From Eledone cirrhosa (Eukaryota): a stretch of 64,000 bases of DNA. The stretch is from positions 162,440,001 to 162,504,000 of the forward strand of contig OZ024741.1 in the NCBI GenBank assembly GCA_964016885.1, read 5' to 3'. Position 1 is the first letter of the stretch; each line of letters starts with the position of its first letter. The translations under genes and the position numbers were made by a program. The notes below the pieces were generated by a model, which did not search any database, was not told the DNA's origin, and was given only the letters and a program-made list of their open reading frames with translations. Below, piece after piece: positions 13,111 to 25,626 of this stretch.

Positions 13111-13807
13111 CCAGATAACATGGAACACCAGCTGTAAAATTGTAAATGGGTGAATTTAAAAAGAATAACCAAACAAATAATATGAGATATTTATAAATGT
13201 CATAGATAATACGTATTCTCCCATATGTAGGAGTGTATATGTCCACACAAATACTAGCAACCCTATAGGCAATGTAAGTTTAACATTTTATATTTATGTA
13301 ACAAATATGAAATTGGAAAACATTTTGCATGTATAAAACAACTAGTACCATTGCCACTAATATTATCACTGCCACAACTATTATCATAACCAACACTACC
13401 AATTTGACCACCACCACCACCAAGATTACCATCACATCACCACCAACATTACTACCACAACCATCAGCATTACCACCACCACCAACATACCACCTTGATC
13501 ATGAACACTACCACTGTTATCACCACAACCATCACCACCAACTTCTAAGTATATGTCAGACTATAGACTAGATTTTGGCCTCAGATTCTACAGAGAGGTA
13601 AGGAAAGTTCAGCTATGCAATGCAATTACAGTATGCAATAGCACATAATTTGAGAAGCAGTAATGTTATGATATTGAAATTGTATTTCCTGCTTTCTAGC
13701 TCGACACACGATGCTCTCTTCAGTAGAACAGGAATTGCGTCTATTGCAACTTCCTTCCACTTTGGCAGAAATCATTCCATGTTTTTTAACCACTACACAC
13801 AAACACT

Positions 13808-13850
<43 letters not shown>

Positions 13851-14530
13851 TTGTTGGTTTGCTTTATATCATTTAAATAATTCATAAAAACCATAGCAAA
13901 CATGATACCTACTACTATTACTACTACTGGCCAAAGAGTGGGTCTGTATGCAGTTGTTATACTGGCTAGGCATAGCAGCCAAATCTCTTCCTACACGTGA
14001 CACTCTACAGTTTAAAAAGAATAGAAGACATAAAATAATGTAGTCGTAGATACACTATTCCTAAAAAATGAGATGAGTTGGTTATGGATGAAAAGCTTTT
14101 GATCAATTAGAGCTGACATGGACTATATAACCACTGCTACTGATACTACTACTACCACTACCAGTACTACTACTGCTGCTGCTGCCATCACTACCAGTAC
14201 CACTGACCCAAGCACAAGTTCACACATCTGGAGGGCAGAGAACATTCAGTAAAATTGACCCCAGTACTTGACTGGCAGTCATCAACCCCAGAATGATGAA
14301 AAGCTAAGCTGACATTAACATAGACAAGCAGACATAAAGTGATGATGACTCAATGCTACAATTTTGCAAGGGTTGGGTGGCTAGAAACAATTTTTAACTG
14401 CAACAATACTTTATCTTATTGATCTTGGAAGGATGACAGGCAATAGAAATCATGGTAGGTCTTGAATAAAGAATGACAAGGGATATAAACTAAATATTGT
14501 CGGTCAGTTTATGCACTTCCCTACGAATAA

Positions 14531-14733
14531 TTGTTTCTACTTTAGGCACAAGGCAAGCAAATTGAAGGGGAGGGGAAAGTTGATTAAATTGATACCAGTG
14601 CATTACTGGTACTTTATTTTATCGATTGTGTAAAGGCAAAGCTAACATCGGCAGATTTGAATGCAGAACGTAAAGGGCCGTAACTATGCTGCAAAGCAGG
14701 TTGTTCGGTGCTCTACGGATACTGCCAATCCAC
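14531..14733 (-). mobile_element. S1 SINE
   Basis: S1 homology; flanking TACGAATAAT / TATGAATAAT duplication. Confidence 0.75.
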
Positions 14734-14763
14734 GTATGAATAATGAGTTCTAATGTTGGCAGA

Positions 14764-15026
14764 AGGCCATTCAAATTTGAAACGAATGATTATAGTTATT
14801 TGACCCGACCCATGTATAAGATAAGTATAAAAACCTGGAGGGATGGAAAAAGAAGTTAATCCTGGTGAAATTTGTTTTTATAAAATACTGAAAAGCCCTT
14901 TATGAATTCAAATTTCACCAGAGTTAACTTCTCTTTTCATCAATCCAGGTTTTAAAAACAAATATCTTTCATATATAAGGGTTGGGTTAAATAACTATTA
15001 CCATCCCTTTCAAATCTGAATGGCTT
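14764..15026. repeat. Imperfect inverted repeat (~120-bp arms) built from decayed S1 SINE sequence
   Basis: GCCATTCAAATTTGAAA..AAAAACCTGGA..CTGGTGAAATTTG is mirrored by CAAATTTCACCAG..TCCAGGTTTT..TTTCAAATCTGAATGGC. Confidence 0.75.
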
Positions 15027-15049
15027 TCATTCCTTTCAAATCTGAATCA

Positions 15050-15482
15050 AATGCAAGAATTGTTGGAGCTGGTGCAATAATATGCCACCTCTGGCACTCA
15101 GTTATCAGAAAAAAAGAGTTAAGCATAAAATCCAAACTCACTATTTTCAATTTGGTGTTCATGCCTTCTCTTACCTATGGTCATGAATCTTGAGTAATGA
15201 CTGAAATAATATGGCTGTAAATACAAGCAACTGAAACAGGTTATTCCGAGGGAGTCTTTGGAGTAATGTTATTTGATAGGGCGTGTAGCTTGGAGATCAT
15301 GAAGTTGCTCCAGGGTAGAGCTGCTACTACTCCACATCAAGATAACAGCTCTGGTACTACAGAATATACAAGGAAAGAATCGTTGGACAGATTTTATGGA
15401 CACATATAATTGGCAGGAGACCCAGAGGCAGTCAACGAGCAAGATTGTTGGATAACATCCATAAGTTTGGCTGATCTCAATT
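15050..15482 (+). pseudogene. Rex3/Expander-like RTE LINE fragment (post-RT region)
   Basis: Reads ARIVGAGAIICHLWHSVIRKKEL..LVFMPSLTYGHES*VMTE..IQATE..DR..LLLLHIK with stops and frameshifts. Confidence 0.8.
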
Positions 15483-18400
15483 GGAAGAGAAGGGGAAGAA
15501 GAAAAAGAAGACAAAGAAGATGTAGACAAAAAAGATGAAGAAGAAATATTGAAAAGTGATTAGTCTGATATTCTGTAATTTCTGTTATTTAGTTACAGCT
15601 GTTTATGTTCTGAGTTCAAATTCTGCACAGGTCACCTTTGCCTTTCGTCCTTCCAGGGTCGATAAAATAAAGTATCAGTCAAGTACTCAGATCAAATTAA
15701 TCAACGTTCCCTTCCCCCAAATTGCTAGCTTTTGCTTAACCTTTTTTTTTTGTAGTGGGAGTTATAAATGTGAATCCTAACATTTGTATATCCTCATATA
15801 TTGTGAATCCTAACATTTGTAGCTTCAATTTCTATGATTTCATTGAATATTGGTCTGGTTTTGAAGGAGATTGGCTTATCATGCCTTCCTCATATGTTCA
15901 TGGAAGCCATTGCATGTTTATGATCTTAGATGTCTATGCAGGATGTGTTAAGCTTTTCAATTAACACAATGTTCCCTTGTGTGTGTGTGTGTGTGTGTAA
16001 TGTATGTGTGTTAGTAAATTAAAACTTATTAATCTTTCAACACTCCATTAACTGTATCTAAAATAATGTTCTGTCTTCCCTGCCACAAAACTAAAGGACA
16101 TTCATACATAGACACAAAATAACATTTCCAAATAAGTGTGTGGTAATGGAATGACAGATCAAAATAAGATCATTTTCATCCACTTTTTAATGCTGGCATG
16201 TGTTGTACAAGACTTTTTGAGTCAGTTTTTCTATAGCTGAATGATTTTCCTGATGTTAACCTATACTTTATTTTTAAGTATGGTGCACACCACTCATATT
16301 TGCAAAATAAATTGAAACACACACACACATGCATACAACTGGCTTATTTACAATTGCCATCAACCAAATTCATGCAAAACATTGGTTGGCCTTAGCTTAT
16401 ACTAGAAAACACTTATCCAAGGTATTGCACAGATATGAAGCTTAAAACTATGTAGTTGTGAAGCAAAATAACCTTAACTACAGCCATGCATGCATCTTCA
16501 TGTGCATATGCTGGCTGAAATTCTAAAACATCATTACATGTATTTGCTAATACTAACAAAGAATTTATATCACAAAAACACAAATACACATATGCAAATA
16601 AATGCATACCCACAGACATAGATATGCATATATGCTTACACAAACATACATAGACACAGAAACACATGCTTGTATGCATGCAAGAACATATACACACACT
16701 TGTACAATTAAAATGTCTGGAGTTGGTTATGTCACTGAAACTGCAAGAGATAAGTATGAATATAATGTCAAAGTATTTTATTGCTTCAAATATCACAGAG
16801 AAAAAGGAGAATTGTAGTCATATAACTAATTTGCATGAGAAATAAGCTGTAGCAGCAGTACAGTACCATACATACAGCAGATGATGACAAAACATAGGGA
16901 CACCATTCAGTCAGACAAATTAGATAGACAGCCAGGATGAGAGACATAGATAGATAGATAGACAGGTAGATAGATAGAAATGCAGACATACTAGACACTT
17001 AATTTGTCAAGCAGCGTTCTTTTAGGCGTTTTCAGTATTTCAAAGCTCACTAACATGAAATAAGTGATAAATTGTTGTTTTTTTTATCACTAAAAACAGA
17101 GTAACTACTAACACTAATGACAAACAACACCAACAATATTGTTTGGTAGATAACTACAGCTATCAAATGATGCCAAGTAGACTGGTATAAGCACTATAAA
17201 GGATTTGGAAGTTGAGAACCTGAATAATTACGTAATACCTGACAGAAGAACATAATGACTATGGCTGGAATGTTAGAAATAGCATCAACATTTCCCTCAA
17301 ATCTTATCCTACCATCTTAAAAAGGTAATTAGACATTGAATAATGTAGGCTTAGATACATTAAGTATAGGAATAAAGAAAACAGGAAGGTCATGGCTGGA
17401 ATACCTTTGGTCATAGGTCTGCTCAGTGAGAATGAGCAGTGACTAAATGGGTTGGTTTCAGGATGAGCATCCATCTGTAAAACATTGCTTCAAAAGGTCT
17501 TGTCTAACCCATGCCAGCATAAAGTCAATGTAAAAATGATGATGATGGTAAACAAAATAAAATGTTATTAAATAACGAATGTATAAAGTCAACTTTTGAG
17601 GACATTTATCCAGAGCTGATCAGTAAGTACAGTAAAAAAAATAAAAATTCCATGTAGCAAATTTATGTGTGTGACAATATGACAGGACTCATTTTTTTTC
17701 CATTCTTCTAATCCACCCAATAGATTACTGAAGAGAGTAGCATGACATAGCACAGTTCCTGTAGCAGGAAAAGTTGCCTGAATATATAATAAACTCCTGA
17801 TCATGTTTACTGAACATTAACTTCAATTTTAACTTTGCCTTTTTCTTTTAAATCAATATTTCCCACTTTAATCTGTGTTTTTACACATGTAAACACTGAA
17901 TTTTTAACAATAACAAATAGTTTCTTTTTTAGAACAGATTATTTCTAGTTGTTGTTTAGACCCAGATGAAACCTGAGTGAACAGACCTATGATGAAAGGC
18001 ATTCTAGCAGTGACCATTGCTTCTTATTACATGGATCTATGATTACATTATCTAGTATGCTCTTCCCCCTTTTTTTAAAGACAACAATAGAGTCTGATTT
18101 GAGGGATATTGGGACATTTAATTGCTATTTCAAGCAAATTGCACAACTGTATGGGGGGCTCCTTGATGGCATTGGGGCATATTGTTTTAAAATCTAGGGA
18201 CTAAAACTAGTTCCCATTTTAAAGAGAGTATGGAGCTTGTAAAGAGGTTTGGTTGTAACTTAAAGATGGTCTCATGATTATACAGAGGCCCACTGACTCA
18301 TTTGGTATCCGTTTAAATAGTTGTTTTCCTCGTCTTCAAAAATGTCAGTTAAATGTAGTTCTTTTTTTAATTTCTAAACATCTAAAATTATCCAACATCA

Positions 18401-19434
18401 ACTTATCTTCCATGCACATTGTGAACGCAACACGTTTTATTTTAGTAAAAATTTACAGCCCATCTTATGATGTGAAGATAAGATGTCATTCTTTAGAAGA
18501 AGAAAAAAAAATGTAAAATATTCTACTAAAAATTAAGTAAAAATAGTATAATTGTTAGTATAACACAAAAATCTCTGTTAAAGCATTTCATAGCAATTTG
18601 GTAACCTTTTTCTGAACTCAGTAGAATTCTGCACAGTTATTTTAACATTTCAACAAGTTGTGTATACTAATATATCAACAGATGGTATTATTGCCAAATT
18701 TATTTTGTATAATGCTCTCGAGAAACATATGTACACTTGAATTTTAGTTAGATCGTTTCAGAAAAAAGTGTGAGATGATTGTGATTTGTAAGATGAGCTT
18801 TTTCCGATATAATATTTATATTTTATTCAACAATAAAGGAGCTACCATGGAGAGGTCTCTCTCATTAGCTTATGCATATAAGACAGTAGGGGGAAGTGAC
18901 TAAACACATCACATAGTTTATATCACATAATAAAATCAATGATAAATGCTGTATCTACTTAAATATAAACCGAGGAATATGTGACCAAAAAAAAAAAAAC
19001 AAAAAAAAAAATCAATGGTAAAATATTTTGATGATTTTCAATGTAAATAAGGTGTTAAAATATCTGGAGTGGTTATTTCACAATAAAACACTGTTTTTCT
19101 ACATGTATTGTCATGAGTTTTATTTATGCATTGCCATGAGAACATTCCCAACAAATATGTATTATTTCAACTTTTTAATACATAAATAAATATACCCTAC
19201 ACATATATGCATACATCTATGTGTGCTGACTGTTTTTCTCAGTGGCTTGACCCATTAGCATTTAAACCAGCCACAACTGGCCAGAATTCTCTCACCTCAT
19301 TCTGTGCAAACTGGTTGCTCATACTGATGTTAAGGTATTGTTCTCAAAATAAATAATACCAAAATCTAAATTCAATATTATGTGAGACAATTATGGGAGA
19401 TAAAGCCTTTACTGTGAAAATATAATAGTAAATA

Positions 19435-20373
19435 CTAGCAGTGGTACCCGGCGTTGCACGGGATAAGGTATTTTGGAAGGCGGGTCGCCAACAGACCTAA
19501 TCGTGGAAAAACTGCATGCCTGGACAATATGTAAAGAAAACAAACCGAATACTCTGATGACTGGCTAATCTTTAAGATTTTCCTCGATGAAACAGAAAAA
19601 AATGCAGGTTTTCACCTAATGCGGGCCCTAGGGGATCAAGAAAATGAATTTTTTTATGTGCATAATATGCCTTGAAATTTCGGGAAAATCGGCTAGACGT
19701 GACGCCTCCAAAAAGTCCCCAAAAGCTGAAAAAAAATGAAGTTTTTCACCTAATGTGGGCCCTAGGCTATAAAAAAGTCGAATTTTCTTTGCTCACGGTA
19801 TGAAGAAGAGACTGACTAATACATAGTTACAATTTCGAGGAAATCGGGCTGACGTAACGCCTAAAAAAAACCCCTAAAAAGCTTAAAAAACGCAGTTTTT
19901 CACCTAATGCGGGCCCTAGGAGATAAAAAAAGTGGAATTTTTTTATGTGCATAACACTCCTTGAAACATAAGTAATACACATGTAAAATTTGAAAAAAAT
20001 CGGTTGGGTACTTCTCGAGTTTTAGGGATTCAAACTCATAGACACACACACAGACAGACATCCTCAGGGAAGTGACGTAATGCAAACAGCCAGATATTAT
20101 AAGAGACAGATATTATAAGGGCGCGACGTTATATGTATGTATCTATCTAAAAAGAGAAAGACTAAGAATTATAGAGAGAGATCGCTAAGTCGCCTAATGT
20201 GGTTCCTAGGGCATTGAAAATTTGAAATTTCTTTTGCTCAGAACACTCCCTGAAACATAAGTATTACATGTGTTAAGTTTGAAAACAGTCGGTTGGGTGG
20301 TTCTCGAGTTTTAGGGATTCAAACTCACACACAGACAGACATCCTCAGTTTTATATATATATATATATATAGA
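19435..20373 (-). mobile_element. Non-autonomous Helitron (unit 1)
   Basis: Minus strand begins TCTATATA..AAAACTGAGG and ends CCCGTGCAACGCCGGG (hairpin) + TACCACTGCTAG|T; no TSD; four internal CCTAATG(C/T)GG..CCTAGG subrepeats. Confidence 0.85.
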
Positions 20374-20871
20374 CTAGCAGAAAACCACCCGTTGGGCAGT
20401 TTTCTGCTAGCAAATCTAGTGTATATACTGATATTGTTGAGATTTGGATGAGAAATGTTTTCGGCACCACATGTGCACCGTCTCTCGGTGTGTCTTTTAT
20501 GCATGTATAAATATATATGTTATCTATACGGTGAAATCTTTGAAATAAATATATGTTAAAACGAAAAAGGAGAAAAAGAGATTAGTGACGGAAATATAAA
20601 TGTTATGATACATAAACGTTATGATATAACGATGGAAATATATAAATGTTTACGATAAAACGATGGAAATAGAAATGTTTATATATAATGATAAGCCAAA
20701 ACACTCGTAAGTCGAAACACTCATAAAGCGAAACGTATAAATAAAGATTAATGTAATGAATTTGAAAAGCATAGAGATTTGAAACCGCGTCTATTTGTTT
20801 CCTTGGCATTTTTTACAGATGGTCAGACAGACAGACAAACAGAGAAATGCCCATTATATATTATAAGTAGA
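20374..20871 (-). mobile_element. Non-autonomous Helitron (unit 2)
   Basis: Minus strand begins TCTACTTATAATATATAATGGGCATTTCTC; ends in the hairpin CTAGCAGAAAAC..GTTTTCTGCTAG. Confidence 0.75.
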
Positions 20872-21134
20872 CTTGGCATGGTGTCAAGTCAGAACCGCCT
20901 CGAACTGGTTACTTCTGGCTTGTGCAAGGTGTCTCTATAGCAACCAGCGATTCCCTCGGCCTCAGTGACCAAAGTCAGTGGAGAGGGGAAGGTAATGTTT
21001 CTATAGCGACAGTGTTTCTCTTGGTAGTACCAAAGTGGAGAAAGGAAGGGGAAGGTAATATTTCTGTAGCACCTACATTTGAGTTTTAGGGAAGGACAGA
21101 CAGACAGACAGAGAGAGAAATGCCCATATATTTC

Positions 21135-21181
<47 letters not shown>

Positions 21182-21325
21182 CACACACAGAAATGTATAT
21201 ATATTTCTTAGAACAAAATTATTATTAATGTTTTGCTGTTCATAACAATTGGAATTGAAAAATTACTTTTGAAATTATTAGTTATTTTACTAATGCTTAG
21301 ATATGTAAAAATGAAGCAATGTTTC

Positions 21326-21519
21326 TAATAATTGTTTCTACTTTTGGCACAAGGCCAGCAATTACCCAGTACATTACTGGTACTTTATTTTATCGACCCC
21401 GTGAGGATGAAAGGCAAAGTTAACCTCGGCGGTATTTGAACTCAGACCGTAAAGGGACGTAACTCCATGCTATGAAGCATGGTGTCCGACTCTCTACAGA
21501 TTTTGCCAATCCACCGCCC
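21326..21519 (-). mobile_element. Young full-length S1 SINE
   Basis: GGGCGGTGGATTGGCA head, GAGTTCAAATACC B box, GCCTTTCATCCTCACGGGGTCGATAAAATAAAGTACCAG core. Confidence 0.85.
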
Positions 21520-21739
21520 TAATGTCTGTACGTAATGAGGGAGTGAGAGGGGAGAGAAAGAAAGGCAGAGGTGAAGTGACGAAGTGACTCTCTCCTCCTC
21601 CTCCATCTCCCCATTCGTCACAGCGATAGAGGGGAGGAATGTTAGTGTGTTACAAAGAGTGAGAGTGAGAGAAACAGACAGACTAAAAGAGAGGGATAGC
21701 TGGAGAGAGAGAGAGAGATAGCAACCACGCGCGCACGTA

Positions 21740-22173
21740 GCCATGTTGAAAGAGGTTGTTTGGTGGACACGATTGAAAGGTCTGAGGTCAGGCAACTTCC
21801 TCTCTGGCCATAGTCTGGTCTACTTCTTCCGATATCACTTCGGAAGAAGGATAAGAATGGAGAGAGAGGTGCTTGGCCACAGGCAGTTTTATGAAAGGTG
21901 GGTGATAGTGGCGAGAATGGCTCGTGTAAATGGGTCTTCTCTGTATACCATCCTGTAGGTAAAGAAGTAAAGGAGAGGGGAGCACCTTCTCCATGTGCTC
22001 CCCGGGCAAAGGATTGCACACTTTTTCGGGGGTGTGTGCAACCCCCATCACGTCCCCTCCCTTTTGAGGTTATTTTCGATTATTTTCATGTTACACCCTT
22101 TTTACTCGATTATATGTAAACTCCCCCTTTGTATTTGTCCCTTCTTTTTATGCCTTTATGGTAAATAAAGAAA
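21740..22173 (+). mobile_element. 3' end of Tx1/L1-clade LINE (related to 9091-10312)
   Basis: KEVVWWTRLKGL..FF.YH..R.IR.EREVL....F.ERWV..ARMARVNG aligns with the C-terminus at 9389-9605; T-rich 3' UTR and AATAAA. Confidence 0.85.
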
Positions 22174-23474
22174 TCTATATATTATAAGGAGATAAAGTTG
22201 TGTAAATGCTAAAGGGTTGATGATACTTTTTCTTTTAATCTAGTTATATTTCACTCACCCTCTCCCTCCCTCCCTTTTTCTTGCTTTGTCTCTCCTCTCT
22301 CTTGCTTGCTGTTTCTTTCTCCCCCTTCTACTACCTTATACAGTGTTCTCTTAGTTGGTCACTTTTAACTATTCACTATTTATTTTGATCTCCCCCTAGT
22401 GTTTTTAATGATCTTCATAATGGTTAAAGAAAATCATAGTAAGAAATAAAGAATTAAAAGGGAATAAATTTAAGTTGACTTTAAAGTTGAGTTAAAACAT
22501 TTGGCTTTTCAAAATTATGATTCATGCAATAAATCCAGTGTTCTACTAGCATTGCTGCTATGCCTTAGTTTTTAAATATACACACACACACACAAATAAT
22601 TTATTGATGCACTAGGAAATGTTTGAATATTTTGTCTAAATATTTTATTAGATTTAAAGCCATGATATTGAAATATGTTCTACCATGTTTCATTATACTG
22701 TTACTATCAGAAGGAGGAGGAGGAGTGTTAAGAAATTTATTTTAGGAAAATCTGTTTCAGATAATCTGATTCTAGCACAAATGAAACACAGGTCTTTTTA
22801 CATCATCATAATGATTAGAAAATAAAAAAAAAAATTTTAAATCATACTTCTAATTTTAAAAATACAACTTCAATAAAAAGTTGTTTTAATTAGTGATTAG
22901 AGCACAAACATCACTAATATATCTGAATTCTCCACATCCCTATGATAAATATGAATGTTAAAAATAACCTATAGCATATTAAAAGGTCAAGTTCACAACA
23001 CCGAGAAGGCATTTTAAGCTTCAAAACACAGTAATATGATCTGTAACATAAACATCAGTTTATGATGTGTATTTACTAGTTTAATTCACCAGCCTTCTTA
23101 GTCCACATAAAATGTGTCATATCTGAAAACAGTCACAAAGCACACTATTTGTGAGTATATATTTAAATGACTCGAACTCAATATATTACTGTTACTTAAT
23201 ATAATCATCATGATGTTCTTACTCATACACTATTCTATATAAGTTCAACAAATACGGTTAGGTTTTTTCATTGACCACCTTTCATGATATCAGTCTATCT
23301 TCATGATCCTCCTACCAATCCTTATATGGTGCTCTCAGTAACTGATAATGTTTACTTGCATAGGAGTCACACCCAATATTTTAAAGGAAAAGTTATAATT
23401 TTATAATTGAAATCTACAAAGATGAGACTACATGAGCCATTAACAGATTTCTAATGAAAGACACTGCCTATATT

Positions 23475-23756
23475 TAACCCTTTCATTATATTTGCAATGA
23501 AAAACACGGTCTATATTCTTAACCCTTTCATTACTATATTTGCAAAGAAAAACATTGCCTATGATTTTCAAATAATTTTGAAAATAATCAACAATTTGAA
23601 GGGATTCAGTAATATAACCAATTTTCTCATTATTAAGTTGATGTTTTAAGCATAATTTAATGAAGGTTCTTACATAAAGTTATGATAGCTTTTCAGATAA
23701 AAAACTTTAAAACAAATAGGGATGGTTTCAGGCCGGCTGGTGTAAAAAGGATTAAA
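23475..23756. mobile_element. Family A MITE with duplicated or nested left end
   Basis: TTAACCCTTTCATTA occurs at ~23475 and ~23519; ends AAAAGGATTAA. Confidence 0.65.
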
Positions 23757-23944
23757 TTACAGCACGTGTCTATTGGCATTAATTGGATGCCATGTTGAAC
23801 ACATTTATTGCCAGAAATAAATAATTGTTTCTACTTTTGGCACAAGGCCAGCAATTACCCAGTGCATTACTGGTACTTTATTTTATCGACCCCGTAAGGA
23901 TGAAAGGCAAAGTTAACCTCGGTGGGAAATAAATAATGACCATG

Positions 23945-24385
23945 ATTGTAGTGCTGGTGTCACGATAAAAAAAAACAACCAAACCCAGTCCACCTTGTTA
24001 CATGGTAGTACTGGTGCTATGATAAAAAAGACCTAGTCCACTATTTAAGGTGGTAATGCTGGTGCCACAATAAAAAGCACCTAATCCACTCTGTCAGGTG
24101 GTTGTTCTAGTACCATAATAAAAAGCTGTCACTCCACTCTGTAAGGTAGTAGTGCTTGTGCCACAATTTATCCCATAAGATGGTAAAGTGAGAGTCACAA
24201 TAAAATGCTCTCTGTACACAAGGTAAAGTGATTGATATTATGAAGACCATCCAGCTGTAGAAACCAATCTTAAAGTGGAGCATACAGGAAACTTGTAGTT
24301 AACTAACAAGTCTAACCTCAGTAGCGGATAATCTGTCTAAACCATGCATGGAAAATCAATGTTACTAAATGGTGATGATGGTGAT
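23945..24385 (+). mobile_element. S2-related SINE body with about six decayed ~46-bp internal repeats
   Basis: GTAGTGCTGGTG.CAC.ATAAAA..CCACT.TGT.AGGTG units, then CATCCAGCTGTAGAAACC and a (GAT)n-like tail. Confidence 0.65.
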
Positions 24386-24523
24386 CAGCATGGAACAGTC
24401 ACTACATACATAATAAATGACTGTAAAAATATAATATCATCCACTTTTCCATGCTGGCAATGAGTTGGACATAATGGTTTGAGACAATGTGTTACAGCTG
24501 GTGGCCTTTTCTGATGCCAACCC

Positions 24524-24671
24524 TGTACCTATTCTAAAAACTGGAATCAACTCTTAATTACCTCTTACAACACACAGGTATAAGGTGTACCTTTCCTAAA
24601 AACTGGGATCAGCTCTTAATCATCTCTTATAACACACAGGTGTATGGTGTACCTTTTCTAAAAACTGGGAT
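24524..24671. repeat. Tandem repeat, ~62-bp unit, about 2.4 copies
   Basis: TGTACCT.T.CTAAAAACTGG.AT occurs three times. Confidence 0.8.
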
Positions 24672-24884
24672 ATTTTAGCAAATCATTCAGTTGTAGTATT
24701 ACTGAAAATGACTGAGTAGCAAGCAATAGAATTTGGTAAGCTATTATATTACTAACCTTTTTGAAAATTGGGTTATCACTCGTGATTGCTCTTGCTTAGA
24801 TGCTTTTCCGGAGATCCATGCTACTCCACACACACTAGTCAGCTAGAGAATACTATTGCTATTTAATGCTCTATTTAAGAGGGA

Positions 24885-25626
24885 TGTCTTTGTTAAGCTT
24901 TCCCAGTAAAGTCTATGCTAAATGTTTGTCAAGGACATGTAGGGAGATTGTCAAGTGCAAGCGAACTGATGAATGATGTGGTTTTTGACCCAGGCACAGG
25001 ACAGCTGACTGAATATTCTTACTGTGGCAAATCTTTGAGAAATCGTGTGAGTCCTGCCAAGAGATGTATGCTTGCTTTGTAGACATCAAAAAGGCATATG
25101 ACCATGTTCCATGGGACCTGCTGTGGAAGGTTCTGCAGGATTATGGGATCAATTGAGGGCTTCTTTTGCTCTGATGTCTCTATATGAATGTCCTAGTATT
25201 TGTGTTCAGATAAATGGGGCTCAATTGAAACCATTCAATGTGGGAGTCAGACTCCACCAAGGAGTGTGTACTGTCATCTCTCCTGTTCATAATCTTCATG
25301 AACAGGATTGGCATGTGCAGCTGGGCAGGAAGTGGTATGATGACTGGCAAGTATAAACTCAATTGGCTGAATTAACTTTACTTGATAGAGTGTGTAACTC
25401 GGATATCAGAGAGTTGCTCCAGGCAGAGCTGCTACTTCTCTGAATTGATATTGCAGTTAATGACACTATGAGCTTAGCTGGTCTCACTTGGGGATCCAGC
25501 CAGATCAATTGGAGATGGTTGCTTATGACATGACTCACTGAAAGGCATGTCTGAGGGCTCTGCCCCTATATCCTTTCCAGGAATAAGTGAGCAGCAGTGA
25601 CGGAGGAGGAGAAGAAAAAGAAGAAA
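24885..25626 (+). pseudogene. Internally deleted Rex3/Expander-like RTE LINE (RT domain plus 3' end)
   Basis: LLSFPSKVYAKCL..*CGF*P..IFEK..MYACFVDIKKAYDHVPWDLLWKVLQDYGI..FNVGVRLHQG; then jumps to the 3' region homologous to 15270-15340 and 46405-46540; (GAA)n-like tail. Confidence 0.85.

Larger units (their letters stand above)
20872..22192 (-). mobile_element. Composite Helitron (unit 3) containing a SINE and a LINE fragment
   Basis: Minus strand begins A|TCTCCTTATAATATATA; subterminal hairpin arms CAAGTCAGAA / TTCTGGCTTG (plus strand) near a CAAG end; second 5'-like motif near 21097-21130. Confidence 0.6.
19247..22220. mobile_element. Family B MITE split into 19247-19434 and 22193-22220 by the Helitron stack
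   Basis: Joined halves restore the family-B end (AGTAAATA|TAAAG..TGTAAATGCTAAAGGG); TTGA lies on both flanks. Confidence 0.8.
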
